From an uncultured Prolixibacteraceae bacterium (GTDB lineage Bacteria > Bacteroidota > Bacteroidia > Bacteroidales > Prolixibacteraceae): DNA of 64,000 nucleotides. The stretch is from NCBI GenBank assembly GCA_964563975.1, contig CAZLZJ010000005.1, positions 214 to 64,213 on the forward strand, given 5' to 3'. Within the stretch, counting starts at the first letter, position 1, and each line of letters opens with the position of its first letter. Below the pieces are notes generated by a model. It was given only the letters and a program-made list of their open reading frames with translations. It had not been told where the DNA came from and did not search any database. Made by a program: the position numbers and the translations under genes. Below, one piece after another: positions 20,454 to 32,044 of the stretch.

Positions 20454-21083
20454 ATGGCTGGTATTATTGGAAAAAAAATCGGAATGACGTCCGTTTTCAG
20501 TGTTGAGGGGAAAAGTATCCCATGCACTGTTATCGAAGCCGGTCCTTGTGTTGTTACTCAGGTCAAGACAAAGGATAAGGAGGGCTATGATGCACTTCAG
20601 CTTGCTTTTGGCGATAAAAAGGAACGGAAAACAACAAAAGCCGAATTTGGGCACTTTAAAAAAGCAGGGGTTTCCCCGAAGCGCAAATTGGTTGAGTTTA
20701 AGAACACATATCAGGAAGAGTATAAACTGGGAGATGAGATTACTGTTGATATATTCAATGAGATGGATTATGTCGACGTAGATGGTGTTTCAAAAGGTAA
20801 AGGCTTCCAGGGTGTAGTTAAAAGACATGGTTTTCATGGTGTAAATGATCAGACTCATGGACAACATGACAGGCTCAGGTCTCCCGGTTCTATCGGGGCA
20901 TCTTCCACGCCAAGTCGTGTATTTAAAGGAATGCGGATGGGCGGCAGGACAGGTAATGAAAGTATTACCATTGAGAACCTGTTGGTTATAAAAATTATTC
21001 CTGAGAAAAATATTTTAGTGGTGAAAGGTTCAGTGCCTGGCGCCAAAGGTTCATACTTAATTATTAGGAAACAATGGAACTAA
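20454..21083 (+). CDS. rplC: 50S ribosomal protein L3
   Basis: [13 protein letters not shown]...[13 protein letters not shown]. Confidence 0.97.
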   Translation: MAGIIGKKIGMTSVFSVEGKSIPCTVIEAGPCVVTQVKTKDKEGYDALQLAFGDKKERKTTKAEFGHFKKAGVSPKRKLVEFKNTYQEEYKLGDEITVDIFNEMDYVDVDGVSKGKGFQGVVKRHGFHGVNDQTHGQHDRLRSPGSIGASSTPSRVFKGMRMGGRTGNESITIENLLVIKIIPEKNILVVKGSVPGAKGSYLIIRKQWN

Positions 21084-21703
21084 GTGTACTGAATATTGAA
21101 GGAAAAGATACCGGCAGAAAAATTGAATTGAATGACCGGATATTTGATGTAAAACCGAATGATCATGCCATCTATCTTGATGTTAAACACTACATGGCAA
21201 ATAGGCGTCAGGGGACTCATAAGACCTTGGAGCGTGCTGAAGTTTCAGGGAGTACAAGAAAGATTAAAAGGCAAAAGGGTACCGGCACAGCTCGTGCGGG
21301 AAGTATAAAATCTCCTATTTTCAGGGGCGGGGGTATAACATTTGGGCCGAGACCCAGAAATTATGGCTTTAAGTTGAATAAAAAAATTAAACAGCTGGCA
21401 AGAAAATCTGCTTTAACATATAAGGCTCGTGAAAATAGCATTTTGGTTGTAGAGGATTTTAATTTGGAAGCACCAAAAACAAAGGAATTTGTTAATATTA
21501 AGAACAATCTGAAAATTGCTGATAAAAAGTCACTTTTCGTTTTACCGGCCGAAAATAATAATATATATTTGTCCTCCAGAAATTTACAAGACGTATCGAT
21601 TGTATCTGCCTCACAAATAAATACTTACCAGATATTAAATGCAAAAACCGTAATATTTTTGGAAAGTGGCATTGCGAAAATTGAAGAGATGTTTAAAATT
21701 TAA
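21074..21703 (+). CDS. rplD: 50S ribosomal protein L4
   Basis: [26 protein letters not shown]; 10-nt overlap with rplC. Confidence 0.96.
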   Translation: MELSVLNIEGKDTGRKIELNDRIFDVKPNDHAIYLDVKHYMANRRQGTHKTLERAEVSGSTRKIKRQKGTGTARAGSIKSPIFRGGGITFGPRPRNYGFKLNKKIKQLARKSALTYKARENSILVVEDFNLEAPKTKEFVNIKNNLKIADKKSLFVLPAENNNIYLSSRNLQDVSIVSASQINTYQILNAKTVIFLESGIAKIEEMFKI

Positions 21704-21715
21704 GGTTATCAGAAG

Positions 21716-22006
21716 ATGGATATTTTAATAAAACCATTGGTTACAGAGAAGATGAACGACCTTACTGAGAAGTACAGAAGGTATGGGTTTATAGTTGACC
21801 GTAGAGCAACCAAACCACAGATCAAGAAAGCTGTGGAATCGTTTTATGATGTGAAAGTAGACTCGGTGAATACCATGATATTTGGCGGAAAAGTCAAGTC
21901 AAGGTATACTAAATCGGGTGTGATTTCCGGAAAGACAGTCAGTTACAAAAAAGCAATTGTTACATTGGCAGAAGGAGAAAGTATTGATATTTACAGTAAT
22001 ATTTAA
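21716..22006 (+). CDS. rplW: 50S ribosomal protein L23
   Basis: 96 aa, ILIKPLVTEKMNDL..., conserved operon position. Confidence 0.95.
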   Translation: MDILIKPLVTEKMNDLTEKYRRYGFIVDRRATKPQIKKAVESFYDVKVDSVNTMIFGGKVKSRYTKSGVISGKTVSYKKAIVTLAEGESIDIYSNI

Positions 22007-22012
22007 TAATTT

Positions 22013-22837
22013 ATGGCAGTAAGAAAATTAAAACCAGTAACTCCGGGTCAAAGGCATAAAACAATAGGCACCTTTGATACCATTACTGCATCGACACCTG
22101 AAAAGTCATTGTTGAAGCCCCTGCGGAAAACCGGCGGTAGAAATAACCAGGGCCGCATGACAATGAGGAATAGAGGTGGGGGGCATAAGCGCAGTTATCG
22201 AATTATTGATTTTAAGCGTGATAAAGATGGTGTAAATGCTGTTGTTGATTCGATACAGTATGATCCCAACAGGACTTCACGCATTGCACTTCTTAAATAT
22301 GAAGATGGTGAGAAGAGGTATATAATTGCACCGACAGGGATAAAGGTCGGGCAAATTCTTAGAAGCGGCCCGGGGGTGGAACCGGAGATAGGTAATGCAT
22401 TACCGTTGTCTGATATTCCATTGGGAACTCTTGTTCATAATATTGAACTTAAACCCGGGCAGGGTGGAATTATTGCAAGAAGTGCCGGTTCTCATGCGCA
22501 GCTAACTTCACGTGAAGGGAAGTATGCAATATTGAAGTTTCCGTCAGGTGAATCAAGAATGGTGCTGACCAGTTGCAGGGCTACAGTGGGTATGGCAAGT
22601 AACCCTGAGCATTTTACAGAGAAATCCGGCAAAGCCGGGCGTTCTCGCTGGCTCGGTAGAAGGCCGCGTGTACGCGGTGTAGCTATGAACCCGGTTGATC
22701 ACCCGATGGGCGGTGGTGAAGGACGGGCTTCGGGAGGGCATCCGAGATCACGAAAGGGGATACTTGCAAAAGGTTATAAAACCCGTTCGAAAAAAAATAT
22801 TTCTAACAGATATATTATAGAACCAAGGAAAAAATAG
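22013..22837 (+). CDS. rplB: 50S ribosomal protein L2
   Basis: [15 protein letters not shown]...[14 protein letters not shown]. Confidence 0.98.
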   Translation: MAVRKLKPVTPGQRHKTIGTFDTITASTPEKSLLKPLRKTGGRNNQGRMTMRNRGGGHKRSYRIIDFKRDKDGVNAVVDSIQYDPNRTSRIALLKYEDGEKRYIIAPTGIKVGQILRSGPGVEPEIGNALPLSDIPLGTLVHNIELKPGQGGIIARSAGSHAQLTSREGKYAILKFPSGESRMVLTSCRATVGMASNPEHFTEKSGKAGRSRWLGRRPRVRGVAMNPVDHPMGGGEGRASGGHPRSRKGILAKGYKTRSKKNISNRYIIEPRKK

Positions 22838-22852
22838 ATTAAGTAGAAAATT

Positions 22853-23119
22853 ATGAGTCGTTCACTAAAAAAAGGTCCGTTTATTAATTATAAGCTTGAG
22901 AGAAAGATCCTTGAAATGAATGATAAAGGAAAGAAATCTGTGGTCAAGACCTGGGCCAGGGCTTCTGTAATATCTCCGGATTTTGTAGGGCATACTATTG
23001 CCGTGCATAACGGAAATAAGTTTATTCCGGTATATATTACCGAGAATATGGTTGGACATAAGTTGGGTGAGTTTGCGCCTACGAGAACTTTTAGAAGTCA
23101 TGCCGGGCGCAAAAAATAA
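22853..23119 (+). CDS. rpsS: 30S ribosomal protein S19
   Basis: SRSLKKGPF...[13 protein letters not shown]. Confidence 0.97.
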   Translation: MSRSLKKGPFINYKLERKILEMNDKGKKSVVKTWARASVISPDFVGHTIAVHNGNKFIPVYITENMVGHKLGEFAPTRTFRSHAGRKK

Positions 23120-23156
23120 TAAGGCAGGTTAAATTGAAAATTATAAAGAATATATA

Positions 23157-23576
23157 ATGGGTGCCAGAAAACGAATAGCAGCTGAAAAACGAAAAGAAGC
23201 AAAAAAGAAACAATATTATGCTTTATTACGCAACTGCCCGACATCTCCCAGAAAGATGAGGCTTGTAGTCGATTCTATCCGCGGCATGGAGGTGAATAAG
23301 GCACTGGATGTTTTGAGATATTTACCGCAGGAAGCATCCGGCAGAGTTGAAAAGCTCCTTTTATCGGCTATTGCCAACTGGCAAGCTAAAAATGAAGGAG
23401 AACGTTTAGATGAAAATAAATTATATGTGAAAAGTATTACGGTTGATTCAGGACGGATATTGAAAAGGTTGCGTCCGGCTCCCCAGGGACGTGCGCACCG
23501 GATCAGGAAACGTTCAAATCACGTAACAATTTACGTAGATAAAAAAGAAAGTGATGTTGAAGAAAATCTTAATTAA
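23157..23576 (+). CDS. rplV: 50S ribosomal protein L22
   Basis: [14 protein letters not shown]...[15 protein letters not shown]. Confidence 0.96.
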   Translation: MGARKRIAAEKRKEAKKKQYYALLRNCPTSPRKMRLVVDSIRGMEVNKALDVLRYLPQEASGRVEKLLLSAIANWQAKNEGERLDENKLYVKSITVDSGRILKRLRPAPQGRAHRIRKRSNHVTIYVDKKESDVEENLN

Positions 23577-23582
23577 TAGTAC

Positions 23583-24296
23583 ATGGGACAAAAAGTAAAT
23601 CCAATTTCAAATCGTTTGGGTTTTATAAACGGTTGGGACTCGAATTGGTTCGGGGGTGACGATTATGGTGAAAAATTGATTGAAGACCAGAAAATACGGG
23701 ACTATTTAAATGCCCGCCTGGCTAAAGCCAGTATTTCAAAAATTGTTATTGAGCGCACTTTAAAGCTTATCACCATAACAGTGCATACTTCGCGCCCCGG
23801 TATTATTATAGGTAAAGGCGGACAGGAAGTTGACAAGTTAAAGGAAGAGCTGAAGAAAATTACTAACAAAGAGGTTCAGATCAACATTTTTGAAATTAAA
23901 CGCCCTGAGCTTGATGCTAAAATTGTTGCCAACAATGTGGCAAGGCAGATAGAAGGCAAGATAGCTTACAGAAGGGCAGTAAAGATGGCTATTGCATCGA
24001 CCATGAGAATGGGAGCCGAAGGTATTAAAATATTAGTTTCAGGACGATTGAATGGTGCTGAAATGGCACGTTCGGAAATGTATAAGGATGGTCGAACTCC
24101 TTTGCATACATTGCGTGCTGATATTGACTATGCTCTTGCTGAGGCATTGACCAAGACCGGACTTATTGGTGTAAAGGTCTGGATTTGTAAAGGTATGGTT
24201 TATGGAAAACGCGACCTTTCACCAAATATTGGTCAGAAACAGGCCAGGGCAGGGAAAGGGTCAGGCGCAGGTGCCAGAGCCAGAAGAAGAAAATAG
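23583..24296 (+). CDS. rpsC: 30S ribosomal protein S3
   Basis: [13 protein letters not shown]...KH domain ([15 protein letters not shown]). Confidence 0.97.
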   Translation: MGQKVNPISNRLGFINGWDSNWFGGDDYGEKLIEDQKIRDYLNARLAKASISKIVIERTLKLITITVHTSRPGIIIGKGGQEVDKLKEELKKITNKEVQINIFEIKRPELDAKIVANNVARQIEGKIAYRRAVKMAIASTMRMGAEGIKILVSGRLNGAEMARSEMYKDGRTPLHTLRADIDYALAEALTKTGLIGVKVWICKGMVYGKRDLSPNIGQKQARAGKGSGAGARARRRK

Positions 24297-24322
24297 GGGT
24301 TTAACGCTTACAAATTTAAATA

Positions 24323-24745
24323 ATGTTACAACCAAAAAAAGTTAAATTCAGAAGAGTGCAAAAGGGCCGGATGAAAGGCAATGCACAAAGGGGAAATCAG
24401 CTTGCCTTTGGCTCATATGGTATTAAATCGCTGGAGGAGGCGTGGATAACCGGACGTCAGATAGAGGCAGCCAGGGTTGCAGTAACCCGTTATATGCAGA
24501 GGCAGGGGCAGATATGGATAAGAATTTTTCCGGATAAACCTATCTCCAAGAAACCCGCAGAAGTGCGGATGGGTAAAGGTAAAGGAGCTCCTGAGGCATT
24601 TGTTGCACCCATAACTCCCGGCAGAATTATTATTGAAGCTGATGGTGTACCTTACAAGGTGGCTAAAGAAGCTTTGCGTCTGGCAGCACAAAAATTGCCG
24701 GTTACCACAAAGTTTATTGTAAGAAGGGATTTTGTTGAAGAGTAA
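24323..24745 (+). CDS. rplP: 50S ribosomal protein L16
   Basis: [19 protein letters not shown]... Confidence 0.97.
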   Translation: MLQPKKVKFRRVQKGRMKGNAQRGNQLAFGSYGIKSLEEAWITGRQIEAARVAVTRYMQRQGQIWIRIFPDKPISKKPAEVRMGKGKGAPEAFVAPITPGRIIIEADGVPYKVAKEALRLAAQKLPVTTKFIVRRDFVEE

Positions 24746-24757
24746 AATTGAATTATT

Positions 24758-24961
24758 ATGAAGATATCAGAAATTCAGGAGATGACCACAAAGGAGATTG
24801 CTGAAAAAATTGAAACTGAAAAAGAAACATTGATTCGCCTGAGAATGAATCATGCAGTGTCACCTTTGGATAATCCCATGAAGATTAAAGAGGCTAAAAA
24901 AAATATTGCACGCCTGAAAACGGTATACCGCCAAAGGGAACTAAGTGAAACCCAGAATTAA
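24758..24961 (+). CDS. rpmC: 50S ribosomal protein L29
   Basis: 67 aa, ...[13 protein letters not shown]..., operon position. Confidence 0.93.
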   Translation: MKISEIQEMTTKEIAEKIETEKETLIRLRMNHAVSPLDNPMKIKEAKKNIARLKTVYRQRELSETQN

Positions 24962-24968
24962 TTCAGTG

Positions 24969-25235
24969 ATGGAAGAGAAAAAAGTAAGGAATCTCAGAAA
25001 AGAAAGAATAGGTATTGTAGTAAGCAACAAAATGGATAAGACAATAGTTGTTGCTGTGAAGCGTAAAGTTAAACATCCTATTTACGGTAAGTTCATAAAT
25101 AGAACTTCGAAGTTTTATGCTCACGATGAGAAACAGGATTCTAACATTGGCGACCTGGTGCGTATTATGGAAACCAGGCCATTGAGCAAGACTAAACGTT
25201 GGAGGCTTATTGGTATAATTGAAAGAGCTAAATAG
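24969..25235 (+). CDS. rpsQ: 30S ribosomal protein S17
   Basis: [21 protein letters not shown]...[28 protein letters not shown] prefer the internal ATG at 24969 over the track start at 24945, which overlaps rpmC. Confidence 0.94.
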   Translation: MEEKKVRNLRKERIGIVVSNKMDKTIVVAVKRKVKHPIYGKFINRTSKFYAHDEKQDSNIGDLVRIMETRPLSKTKRWRLIGIIERAK

Positions 25236-25237
25236 TT

Positions 25238-25603
25238 ATGATACAACAAGAAACCAGATGTATGGTCGCTGATAACAGCGGTGCTAAAGAGGTTCTCTGT
25301 ATACGTGTTCTTGGAGGAACCAGAAAAAGGTATGCAACTATCGGAGATACAATTGTAGTTACCGTGAAGAGTGCAATTCCGGGAAGTGAAGTAAAAAAAG
25401 GCACTATTTCGAAAGCTATTGTTGTTCGTACAAAGAAAGAGATCCGCCGTACCGACGGATCATATATTCGTTTTGACGACAATGCTGTTGTGCTGCTGAA
25501 TAACATGGGTGAAATAAGAGGAACCCGTATTTTCGGACCTGTCTCCCGTGAGTTGAGGGAAAAAAATATGAAAATTATTTCCCTTGCACCTGAAGTACTG
25601 TAA
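25238..25603 (+). CDS. rplN: 50S ribosomal protein L14
   Basis: [27 protein letters not shown]. Confidence 0.98.
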   Translation: MIQQETRCMVADNSGAKEVLCIRVLGGTRKRYATIGDTIVVTVKSAIPGSEVKKGTISKAIVVRTKKEIRRTDGSYIRFDDNAVVLLNNMGEIRGTRIFGPVSRELREKNMKIISLAPEVL

Positions 25604-25624
25604 ATTTTAATAAAAATTTTTAAA

Positions 25625-25948
25625 ATGCAGAAAAAACTACATATTAAGAAAGGTGACACTGTTGTTGTAATTACCGGGAATGACAAAGGTCATAAAGGGA
25701 GGGTACTTGAAGTAATAAGAAAGACCGACAGAGCAATAGTGGAGGGTGTAAACCTGATTAAAAAACATACTAAGCCGGATGCAAAAAATCCGCAGGGAGG
25801 CATTATTGAAAAGGAGGCACCTGTGCATATTTCCAATCTTATGGTGGTTGATCCTAAAACCGGTGAGCCAACAAGAGTGGGAAGAAGATTGAATGAAAAA
25901 GGTAAGTTAGTTCGTTATTCCAAAAAATCGGGAGAAGAGATTAAATGA
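25625..25948 (+). CDS. rplX: 50S ribosomal protein L24
   Basis: [27 protein letters not shown] (KOW motif). Confidence 0.96.
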   Translation: MQKKLHIKKGDTVVVITGNDKGHKGRVLEVIRKTDRAIVEGVNLIKKHTKPDAKNPQGGIIEKEAPVHISNLMVVDPKTGEPTRVGRRLNEKGKLVRYSKKSGEEIK

Positions 25949-26038
25949 TTAAACGAGCATCCCGATTAAAGCGGGTTATAAGAGAATTATTAAAACAGAT
26001 GTGAATCAGATACCTTTAAAAACAGTTAATTTAATCAT

Positions 26039-26596
26039 ATGAAATATATACCAACTCTTAAAAAGAAATATCGGGAACAGGTGATCGAAGAGCTGAAAAA
26101 AGAGTTTAACTATACTTCGGTAATGCAGGTTCCCAGGTTGGAAAAGATTGTTCTTAATCAGGGAGTGGGAGCAGCCATAGCAGATAAAAAGATTATAGAG
26201 GTTGCTACTCAGGAGATGACTTTGATTGCAGGGCAAAAAGCTGTTCAGACAGTTTCAAAAAAAGATATTTCCAATTTTAAATTGAGAAAAAAGATGCCCA
26301 TTGGAGTACGTGTTACTTTAAGACGCAACAGAATGTATGAGTTTCTTGATCGTCTGATATCGGCAACATTACCCAGGATAAGGGATTTTCGCGGAATTGA
26401 AAGCAAAATGGACGGACAGGGTAATTATACCCTTGGCGTGCCGGAGCAGATCGTTTTTCCCGAAATTGTTATGGATAAAGTAAATAAAATCAACGGTATG
26501 AACATTACCTTCGTTACTTCTGCAAAAACTGATGAAGAAGGTTTTGCTTTGCTTAAAGCATTGGGATTGCCTTTTAAAAATGTAAAAAAGAATTAG
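26039..26596 (+). CDS. rplE: 50S ribosomal protein L5
   Basis: [11 protein letters not shown]...RDFRG...[16 protein letters not shown]. Confidence 0.97.
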   Translation: MKYIPTLKKKYREQVIEELKKEFNYTSVMQVPRLEKIVLNQGVGAAIADKKIIEVATQEMTLIAGQKAVQTVSKKDISNFKLRKKMPIGVRVTLRRNRMYEFLDRLISATLPRIRDFRGIESKMDGQGNYTLGVPEQIVFPEIVMDKVNKINGMNITFVTSAKTDEEGFALLKALGLPFKNVKKN

Positions 26597-26599
26597 TGT

Positions 26600-26869
26600 A
26601 TGGCAAAGGAGTCAATAAAAGCCCGGGAGATAAAAAGGGCAAAGCTGGTTGAAAAATATGCTGAGAAGCGTGCCAGGCTGAAAGCTGAAGGAGATTGGAT
26701 CGGATTGCAGAAATTACCGAGAAACTCTTCACGCGTGCGGCTGCATAACCGTTGCAAGCTTACCGGAAGGCCCAAAGGTTATATGAGGCAGTTCGGAATA
26801 AGCAGAATTAATTTCAGGGAGCTGGCCTCAACAGGAAAAATTCCCGGAGTTAAAAAAGCCAGTTGGTAA
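26600..26869 (+). CDS. rpsN: 30S ribosomal protein S14 (long, Cys-poor form)
   Basis: [20 protein letters not shown]...[28 protein letters not shown]...W. It has only one Cys, so no CxxC zinc knuckle. Confidence 0.96.
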   Translation: MAKESIKAREIKRAKLVEKYAEKRARLKAEGDWIGLQKLPRNSSRVRLHNRCKLTGRPKGYMRQFGISRINFRELASTGKIPGVKKASW

Positions 26870-26887
26870 TTTGTAAATGTTATTAAA

Positions 26888-27295
26888 ATGAGTAAAATAT
26901 CAGATCCAATAGCAGATTGTCTGACCAGGATAAGAAATGCAAATCTTGCTAATAAAAAAGTTGTGGATATCCCTGCTTCAAACCTTAAAAAGGAAATTGT
27001 AAAGATATTGAAGGAAAAAGGTTATATTTTGAATTATAAATTTGAGGATGAGGTCGGATATCAGGGAAATATAAAGATAGCATTGAAATACCATCCGGAA
27101 ACTAAAATCCCGGCTATTACCGGTTTAAAAAGAATCAGTAAACCCGGGCTTAGAAAGTATTGCGACAATACTAATATACCACGTGTGTTAAACGGATTAG
27201 GAATTGCTGTGATTTCAACATCAGAAGGCGTAATTACCGATAAAGAGGCACGTGAAAAAAATATAGGTGGTGAAGTATTATGTTACGTCTATTAA
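26888..27295 (+). CDS. rpsH: 30S ribosomal protein S8
   Basis: [16 protein letters not shown]...GGEVLCYVY. Confidence 0.97.
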   Translation: MSKISDPIADCLTRIRNANLANKKVVDIPASNLKKEIVKILKEKGYILNYKFEDEVGYQGNIKIALKYHPETKIPAITGLKRISKPGLRKYCDNTNIPRVLNGLGIAVISTSEGVITDKEAREKNIGGEVLCYVY

Positions 27296-27310
27296 AAGGA
27301 GAAAAAGGTT

Positions 27311-27868
27311 ATGTCAAGAATAGGTAAATTACCAATTGAAATACCGGAGGGAGTTGAAGTTAAAGTTAACGGAGATAATCAGATTATCGTAAAAGGTCCT
27401 TTAGGCGAGCTAAAGCAGCAGGTTGATTCTGATATCGAAGTTGTGATTGAAGACAATCAGATAAAGTTTAACCGTTCAGAGGAGTCAAAACGTCATAAAT
27501 CAATGCACGGGCTTTATCGTTCATTGGTAAATAACATGGTAACCGGTGTTGTGAAAGAATATGAATTGCAACTTGAATTGGTCGGAGTCGGTTATCGTGC
27601 CGAAATGTTTAGTGAAGATGTCCTTGACCTTAGTTTGGGATATTCTCACCATATTTATCTCCAGGTTCCGCCTGAGGTGAAGGTTGAAACTAAATCAGAC
27701 AGGCGCAGTAATCCTATTATTACTCTGAGAAGTATCGATAAGCAGCTGGTTGGGCAGGTTGCGGCCAAGATCAGGTCGTTCAGAAAACCTGAGCCATATA
27801 AAGGGAAGGGAATTAAATTTGTTGGTGAAGAATTACGGCGTAAAGCTGGTAAAGCCGCATCTAAATAA
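27311..27868 (+). CDS. rplF: 50S ribosomal protein L6
   Basis: MSRIGKLPIEIPEGVEVKV...PEPYKGKGIKF. Confidence 0.97.
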   Translation: MSRIGKLPIEIPEGVEVKVNGDNQIIVKGPLGELKQQVDSDIEVVIEDNQIKFNRSEESKRHKSMHGLYRSLVNNMVTGVVKEYELQLELVGVGYRAEMFSEDVLDLSLGYSHHIYLQVPPEVKVETKSDRRSNPIITLRSIDKQLVGQVAAKIRSFRKPEPYKGKGIKFVGEELRRKAGKAASK

Positions 27869-27887
27869 TTATTGAAAAGTTATTATT

Positions 27888-28244
27888 ATGGGATTAACAA
27901 AATTAAAAAGGCGAAAAAGAATAAAAAGCCGTGTCAGAAAAATAGTGGTCGGCACAGCTGAGCGTCCCCGCCTGAGTGTATTTAGAAGTAATAAAGAGAT
28001 ATATACACAGATAATTAATGATTCTACAGGGCAGACCTTGGTTGCTGCCGGATCGGTTGAAAAAGATATTGCATCTCAGAATTTAAATAAAAGTAGGAAA
28101 GCTGCCCTTGTGGGTGACCTGATAGCCCGAAAGGCCCTTGATGCCGGTATCGATAAGGTTGTATTCGACAGGAATGGTTACCTATACCATGGGAGAGTGA
28201 AAGAATTGGCTGAAGCGGCTCGTAAAGCGGGTCTTAAATTTTAG
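27888..28244 (+). CDS. rplR: 50S ribosomal protein L18
   Basis: [20 protein letters not shown]...[26 protein letters not shown]. Confidence 0.97.
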   Translation: MGLTKLKRRKRIKSRVRKIVVGTAERPRLSVFRSNKEIYTQIINDSTGQTLVAAGSVEKDIASQNLNKSRKAALVGDLIARKALDAGIDKVVFDRNGYLYHGRVKELAEAARKAGLKF

Positions 28245-28250
28245 ATTATT

Positions 28251-28766
28251 ATGAGAACAGTAAGCAAAAAAGTTAAAACAAGCGACCTCGAATTAAAAGA
28301 CAGATTAGTAGCTATAAATCGTGTAACCAAAGTTACTAAGGGCGGACGCACTTTCAGCTTTTCCGCAATCGTTATTGTTGGTAATGAAGATGGTATTGTT
28401 GGCTGGGGACTTGGTAAGGCAAGTGAGGTCACCACTGCTATTGCAAAAGGTGTTGATGCAGCTAAGAAGAATCTGGTCAGGATTCCGGTTATCAAAGGAA
28501 CTATCCCTCATGAGCAGTCGGCAAAATATGGCGGAGCACATGTATTACTGAAACCTGCCTCTTCAGGTACCGGATTGGTAGCGGGAGGTGCCATGCGTGC
28601 TGTATTGGAAAGTGCGGGTGTGACTGATATCCTTGCAAAATCAAAAGGCTCTTCTAATCCTCATAACCTGGTAAAAGCTACTATGGAGGCTCTGCTTAAG
28701 CTGAGAGATGCATATATGGTTGCAGAACAGAGAGGAGTTACATTGGAAAAAGTATTTAATGGATAA
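28251..28766 (+). CDS. rpsE: 30S ribosomal protein S5
   Basis: [36 protein letters not shown]. Confidence 0.97.
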   Translation: MRTVSKKVKTSDLELKDRLVAINRVTKVTKGGRTFSFSAIVIVGNEDGIVGWGLGKASEVTTAIAKGVDAAKKNLVRIPVIKGTIPHEQSAKYGGAHVLLKPASSGTGLVAGGAMRAVLESAGVTDILAKSKGSSNPHNLVKATMEALLKLRDAYMVAEQRGVTLEKVFNG

Positions 28767-28770
28767 TGCA

Positions 28771-28950
28771 ATGGCTAAATTGAGAATTACACAGATAAAA
28801 AGCAGTATAGGTTCTGACAAAAGACAGAAAGCTACTTTAGAGGCCTTGGGATTGAAAAAGATGTTTCATACAGTTGAGCATGAAAATAGACCAAATATCT
28901 TAGGGATGATTAATAAGGTCAGACATTTAGTAAAAATAGAAGAGATATAA
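28771..28950 (+). CDS. rpmD: 50S ribosomal protein L30
   Basis: [31 protein letters not shown] use the internal ATG at 28771; the track start at 28708 overlaps rpsE. Confidence 0.94.
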   Translation: MAKLRITQIKSSIGSDKRQKATLEALGLKKMFHTVEHENRPNILGMINKVRHLVKIEEI

Positions 28951-28973
28951 AAATATTTCAAATAATTGCAAAT

Positions 28974-29420
28974 ATGGATTTAAGTAATTTAAAACCTGCA
29001 AAAGGATCTACATTTAAGAGGAAAAGAATTGGAAGAGGTGAAGGATCCGGATATGGAGGTACTTCAACAAGGGGACATAAAGGTCAGAAATCCCGTTCAG
29101 GATATTCCAGAAAGGTTGGATTTGAAGGAGGACAAATGCCTTTGCAAAGGAGAGTGCCTAAATCAGGATTCACTAATATAAACAGGGTTGAATATAAAGC
29201 AATAAATCTGGATGTATTAGAGAATCTTGCTAAAAAAGACAACCTCGACAGAATAGATACCGACACTCTTGTTAAAGCAGGGATTGCATCAAAAAGAGAT
29301 AAAATTAAAATACTTGGAGGCGGCTCACTGACACGCAAATTAGATGTGAAAGCACATGCTTTCTCCAAAAGTGCAATAGAGGCAATTAAAAAATTAGAAG
29401 GTAATACTGAAATACTATAA
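28974..29420 (+). CDS. rplO: 50S ribosomal protein L15
   Basis: [10 protein letters not shown]...[26 protein letters not shown]. Confidence 0.97.
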   Translation: MDLSNLKPAKGSTFKRKRIGRGEGSGYGGTSTRGHKGQKSRSGYSRKVGFEGGQMPLQRRVPKSGFTNINRVEYKAINLDVLENLAKKDNLDRIDTDTLVKAGIASKRDKIKILGGGSLTRKLDVKAHAFSKSAIEAIKKLEGNTEIL

Positions 29421-29428
29421 CAGGTGGC

Positions 29429-30763
29429 ATGAAACGATTTATCCAGACCTTAAAAAATATTTATAAGATTGAAGATTTAAGGGTACGTATCGGAATAACA
29501 CTATTTTTTGTTCTGATATACCGGTTAGGATCCTTTGTTTCTTTGCCCGGGGTTGATCCTGCACAGCTTCAAAATTTGAAAAGTCAGACTTCAGACGGGT
29601 TGCTGGGATTGATTGATATGTTTTCGGGAGGCGCATTTTCGCATGCATCTATTTTTGCCCTCGGTATTATGCCCTATATCACAGCTTCAATTGTTATACA
29701 GTTGCTCGGTATAGCAGTGCCTTATTTTCAAAGATTACAGAAAGAGGGTGAATCAGGAAGAAGAAAGATTAATCAGATTACCCGTTATCTGACTGTTGTC
29801 ATACTTATTTTCCAGTCATCTGCTTACCTTACAAACCTGCATTATCAGCTTCCCGAATCGGCATTTGCCATAAAAGGGGCTATGTTTACGGTTACATCGG
29901 TCGTTATACTTACAGCAGGGTCAATGTTTGTAATGTGGCTTGGCGAACGTATTACGGATAAAGGTATTGGAAATGGAATTTCGCTTATTATAATGATAGG
30001 TATCATTGCAAGATTGCCGCAGGCTGTTGTTCAGGAGTTTGCTTCCAGGATAAACCAGCAGGGTGGCGGGCTTGTTATGTTTTTGGTGGAATTTGTTATT
30101 CTTTTCATGGTGTTTATGGCTTCAGTTTTGCTGGTTCAGGGTACACGGCGTATTCCGGTACAGTATGCAAAAAGAATAGTCGGCAATAAACAATATGGCG
30201 GTGTGAGGCAGTATATTCCTTTAAAGGTTAATGCTGCAGGGGTTATGCCCATTATTTTTGCTCAGGCTATTATGATGGTTCCAATCACCATTGTCGGAAT
30301 GGCAAAATCTGAAAATTTAAGTGGTGTTGCGGCTGCATTATCTAACATCACAGGTTTTTGGTATAATTTTATACAGTTTATCCTTGTGGTTGCATTTACA
30401 TATTTTTATACTGCAATTACAATAAACCCCACTCAGATGGCTGAGGATATGAAAAAGAACGGGGGATTTATTCCCGGTGTAAAGCCGGGGAAAAGAACAG
30501 TTGAGTTTCTTGATACAATTATGTCAAGGATAACTCTTCCGGGATCTATTTTTCTTGGATTGATTACCATATTACCTGCATTTGCAATGATTATGGGAAT
30601 TAACCAGTCGTTTGCCTATTTTTATGGGGGAACTTCGTTGCTTATCCTTGTAGGGGTAGTCCTGGATACGTTACAACAAATTGAAAGTCATTTGTTAATG
30701 AGACATTATGACGGATTAACTAAGTCCGGACGGATTAAAGGCCGTGCCGGAGGTGGATTTTAA
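29429..30763 (+). CDS. secY: Preprotein translocase subunit SecY
   Basis: 444 aa, 10-TM profile. LGIMPYITASIVIQLL and ERITDKGIGNGISLII motifs. Position after rplO. Confidence 0.97.
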   Translation: MKRFIQTLKNIYKIEDLRVRIGITLFFVLIYRLGSFVSLPGVDPAQLQNLKSQTSDGLLGLIDMFSGGAFSHASIFALGIMPYITASIVIQLLGIAVPYFQRLQKEGESGRRKINQITRYLTVVILIFQSSAYLTNLHYQLPESAFAIKGAMFTVTSVVILTAGSMFVMWLGERITDKGIGNGISLIIMIGIIARLPQAVVQEFASRINQQGGGLVMFLVEFVILFMVFMASVLLVQGTRRIPVQYAKRIVGNKQYGGVRQYIPLKVNAAGVMPIIFAQAIMMVPITIVGMAKSENLSGVAAALSNITGFWYNFIQFILVVAFTYFYTAITINPTQMAEDMKKNGGFIPGVKPGKRTVEFLDTIMSRITLPGSIFLGLITILPAFAMIMGINQSFAYFYGGTSLLILVGVVLDTLQQIESHLLMRHYDGLTKSGRIKGRAGGGF

Positions 30764-30775
30764 AATTTTTTATAT

Positions 30776-30997
30776 ATGGCAAAACAGCCTTCAATAGAAC
30801 AAGACGGAACAATAATTGAATCTTTATCAAATGCAATGTTTCGCGTTGAACTTGAAAACGGGCATGTTATTACTGCCCATATTTCAGGAAAGATGCGAAT
30901 GCATTATATAAAAATTTTGCCTGGAGATAAAGTAAAAGTTGAAATGTCTCCTTATGATTTAACAAAAGGAAGGATTACATTTAGATATAAAAATTAA
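30776..30997 (+). CDS. infA: Translation initiation factor IF-1
   Basis: [71 protein letters not shown]. Confidence 0.97.
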   Translation: MAKQPSIEQDGTIIESLSNAMFRVELENGHVITAHISGKMRMHYIKILPGDKVKVEMSPYDLTKGRITFRYKN

Positions 30998-31008
30998 ACT
31001 ATTTAGAA

Positions 31009-31125
31009 ATGAAAGTCCGGGTATCGGTAAAAAAGCGTAGCGCAGATTGTAAGATAGTGCGTAGAAAGGGACGCTTATATGTTATTAATAAAAAGAATCC
31101 CAGGTTTAAACAACGCCAGGGATAG
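31009..31125 (+). CDS. rpmJ: 50S ribosomal protein L36 (Cys-poor form)
   Basis: Not in the ORF track because it is under 60 aa. My own translation is [41 protein letters not shown] at 31009, TAG at 31123-31125. Confidence 0.93.
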   Translation: MKVRVSVKKRSADCKIVRRKGRLYVINKKNPRFKQRQG

Positions 31126-31246
31126 TGTTAATCGGGAGGGCATGGTTTTTAAAAATTGTGTAAATGGCAAAGGTCTTTTAAATGGTTAAAAAGCTTGTCA
31201 TAATCCCATAAGGTTGAAAATTTAAATAAATAAAAATTGATTTTTT

Positions 31247-31624
31247 ATGGCGCGAATAGTAGGTGTTGATATTCCTAACAACAAGAGAGGTGAGATTGCC
31301 CTCACCTACATATTTGGTATTGGCCGCAGCAGGGCAAATAAGATCCTTGAGGAAGCCGGGGTAGATAAAAACCTGAAAGTTAAAGATTGGAATGATGAAC
31401 AGTTTGGGAAGGTACGTAAAGTGATCGGTGATAATTTTAAGGTTGAAGGTGAATTACGCTCTGAAGTCCAGATGAATATTAAACGATTGATGGATATCGG
31501 ATGTTATCGTGGTATCCGCCATCGTATCGGACTGCCGGTAAGAGGCCAAAGTACAAAGAATAATGCACGAACTCGTAAAGGAAAAAGAAAAACTGTTGCC
31601 AACAAAAAAATGGCTACTAAATAA
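31247..31624 (+). CDS. rpsM: 30S ribosomal protein S13
   Basis: [26 protein letters not shown]... Confidence 0.97.
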   Translation: MARIVGVDIPNNKRGEIALTYIFGIGRSRANKILEEAGVDKNLKVKDWNDEQFGKVRKVIGDNFKVEGELRSEVQMNIKRLMDIGCYRGIRHRIGLPVRGQSTKNNARTRKGKRKTVANKKMATK

Positions 31625-31636
31625 GTATTTTGAAAT

Positions 31637-32026
31637 ATGGCAAAGAAAACTGGAACAAGTAAAAAAAGAGTAGTTGTTGTTGAAGCTAACGGGATGGCTC
31701 ATGTGCACTCTTCTTTCAATAACATTATTATTTCTCTTACAAATATGAATGGTGAGGTTATTTCCTGGTCATCAGCCGGTAAAAAAGGTTTCCGCGGTTC
31801 AAAAAAGAATACCCCATATGCTGCGCAGGTTGCATCTGAAGAGTGCGCAAAAACTGCATACGACCTGGGACTTCGTAAAGTTAAAGTGTTTGTAAAAGGA
31901 CCGGGTAATGGACGTGAATCTGCAATAAGGTCTTTGGCAACAGCAGGACTTCAAATTACTGAAATTATTGATATTACTCCCCTGCCACATAATGGATGCA
32001 GACCTCCCAAAAGAAGACGTGTATAA
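31637..32026 (+). CDS. rpsK: 30S ribosomal protein S11
   Basis: [26 protein letters not shown]...[15 protein letters not shown]. Confidence 0.97.
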   Translation: MAKKTGTSKKRVVVVEANGMAHVHSSFNNIIISLTNMNGEVISWSSAGKKGFRGSKKNTPYAAQVASEECAKTAYDLGLRKVKVFVKGPGNGRESAIRSLATAGLQITEIIDITPLPHNGCRPPKRRRV

Positions 32027-32044
32027 TTTATAAATGAAAAGGCA

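Noticed and set aside
25228-25686. 152-aa minus-strand ORF overlapping rplN and the start of rplX
   Set aside because: It is entirely antisense to two unmistakable ribosomal protein genes. The translation is low-complexity and hydrophobic with no recognisable motif. It looks like a typical shadow ORF.
31142-31189. 15-codon mini-ORF (MVFKNCVNGKGLLNG) in the rpmJ-rpsM spacer
   Set aside because: It is too short, with no recognisable leader-peptide logic, and cannot be supported from the sequence alone.
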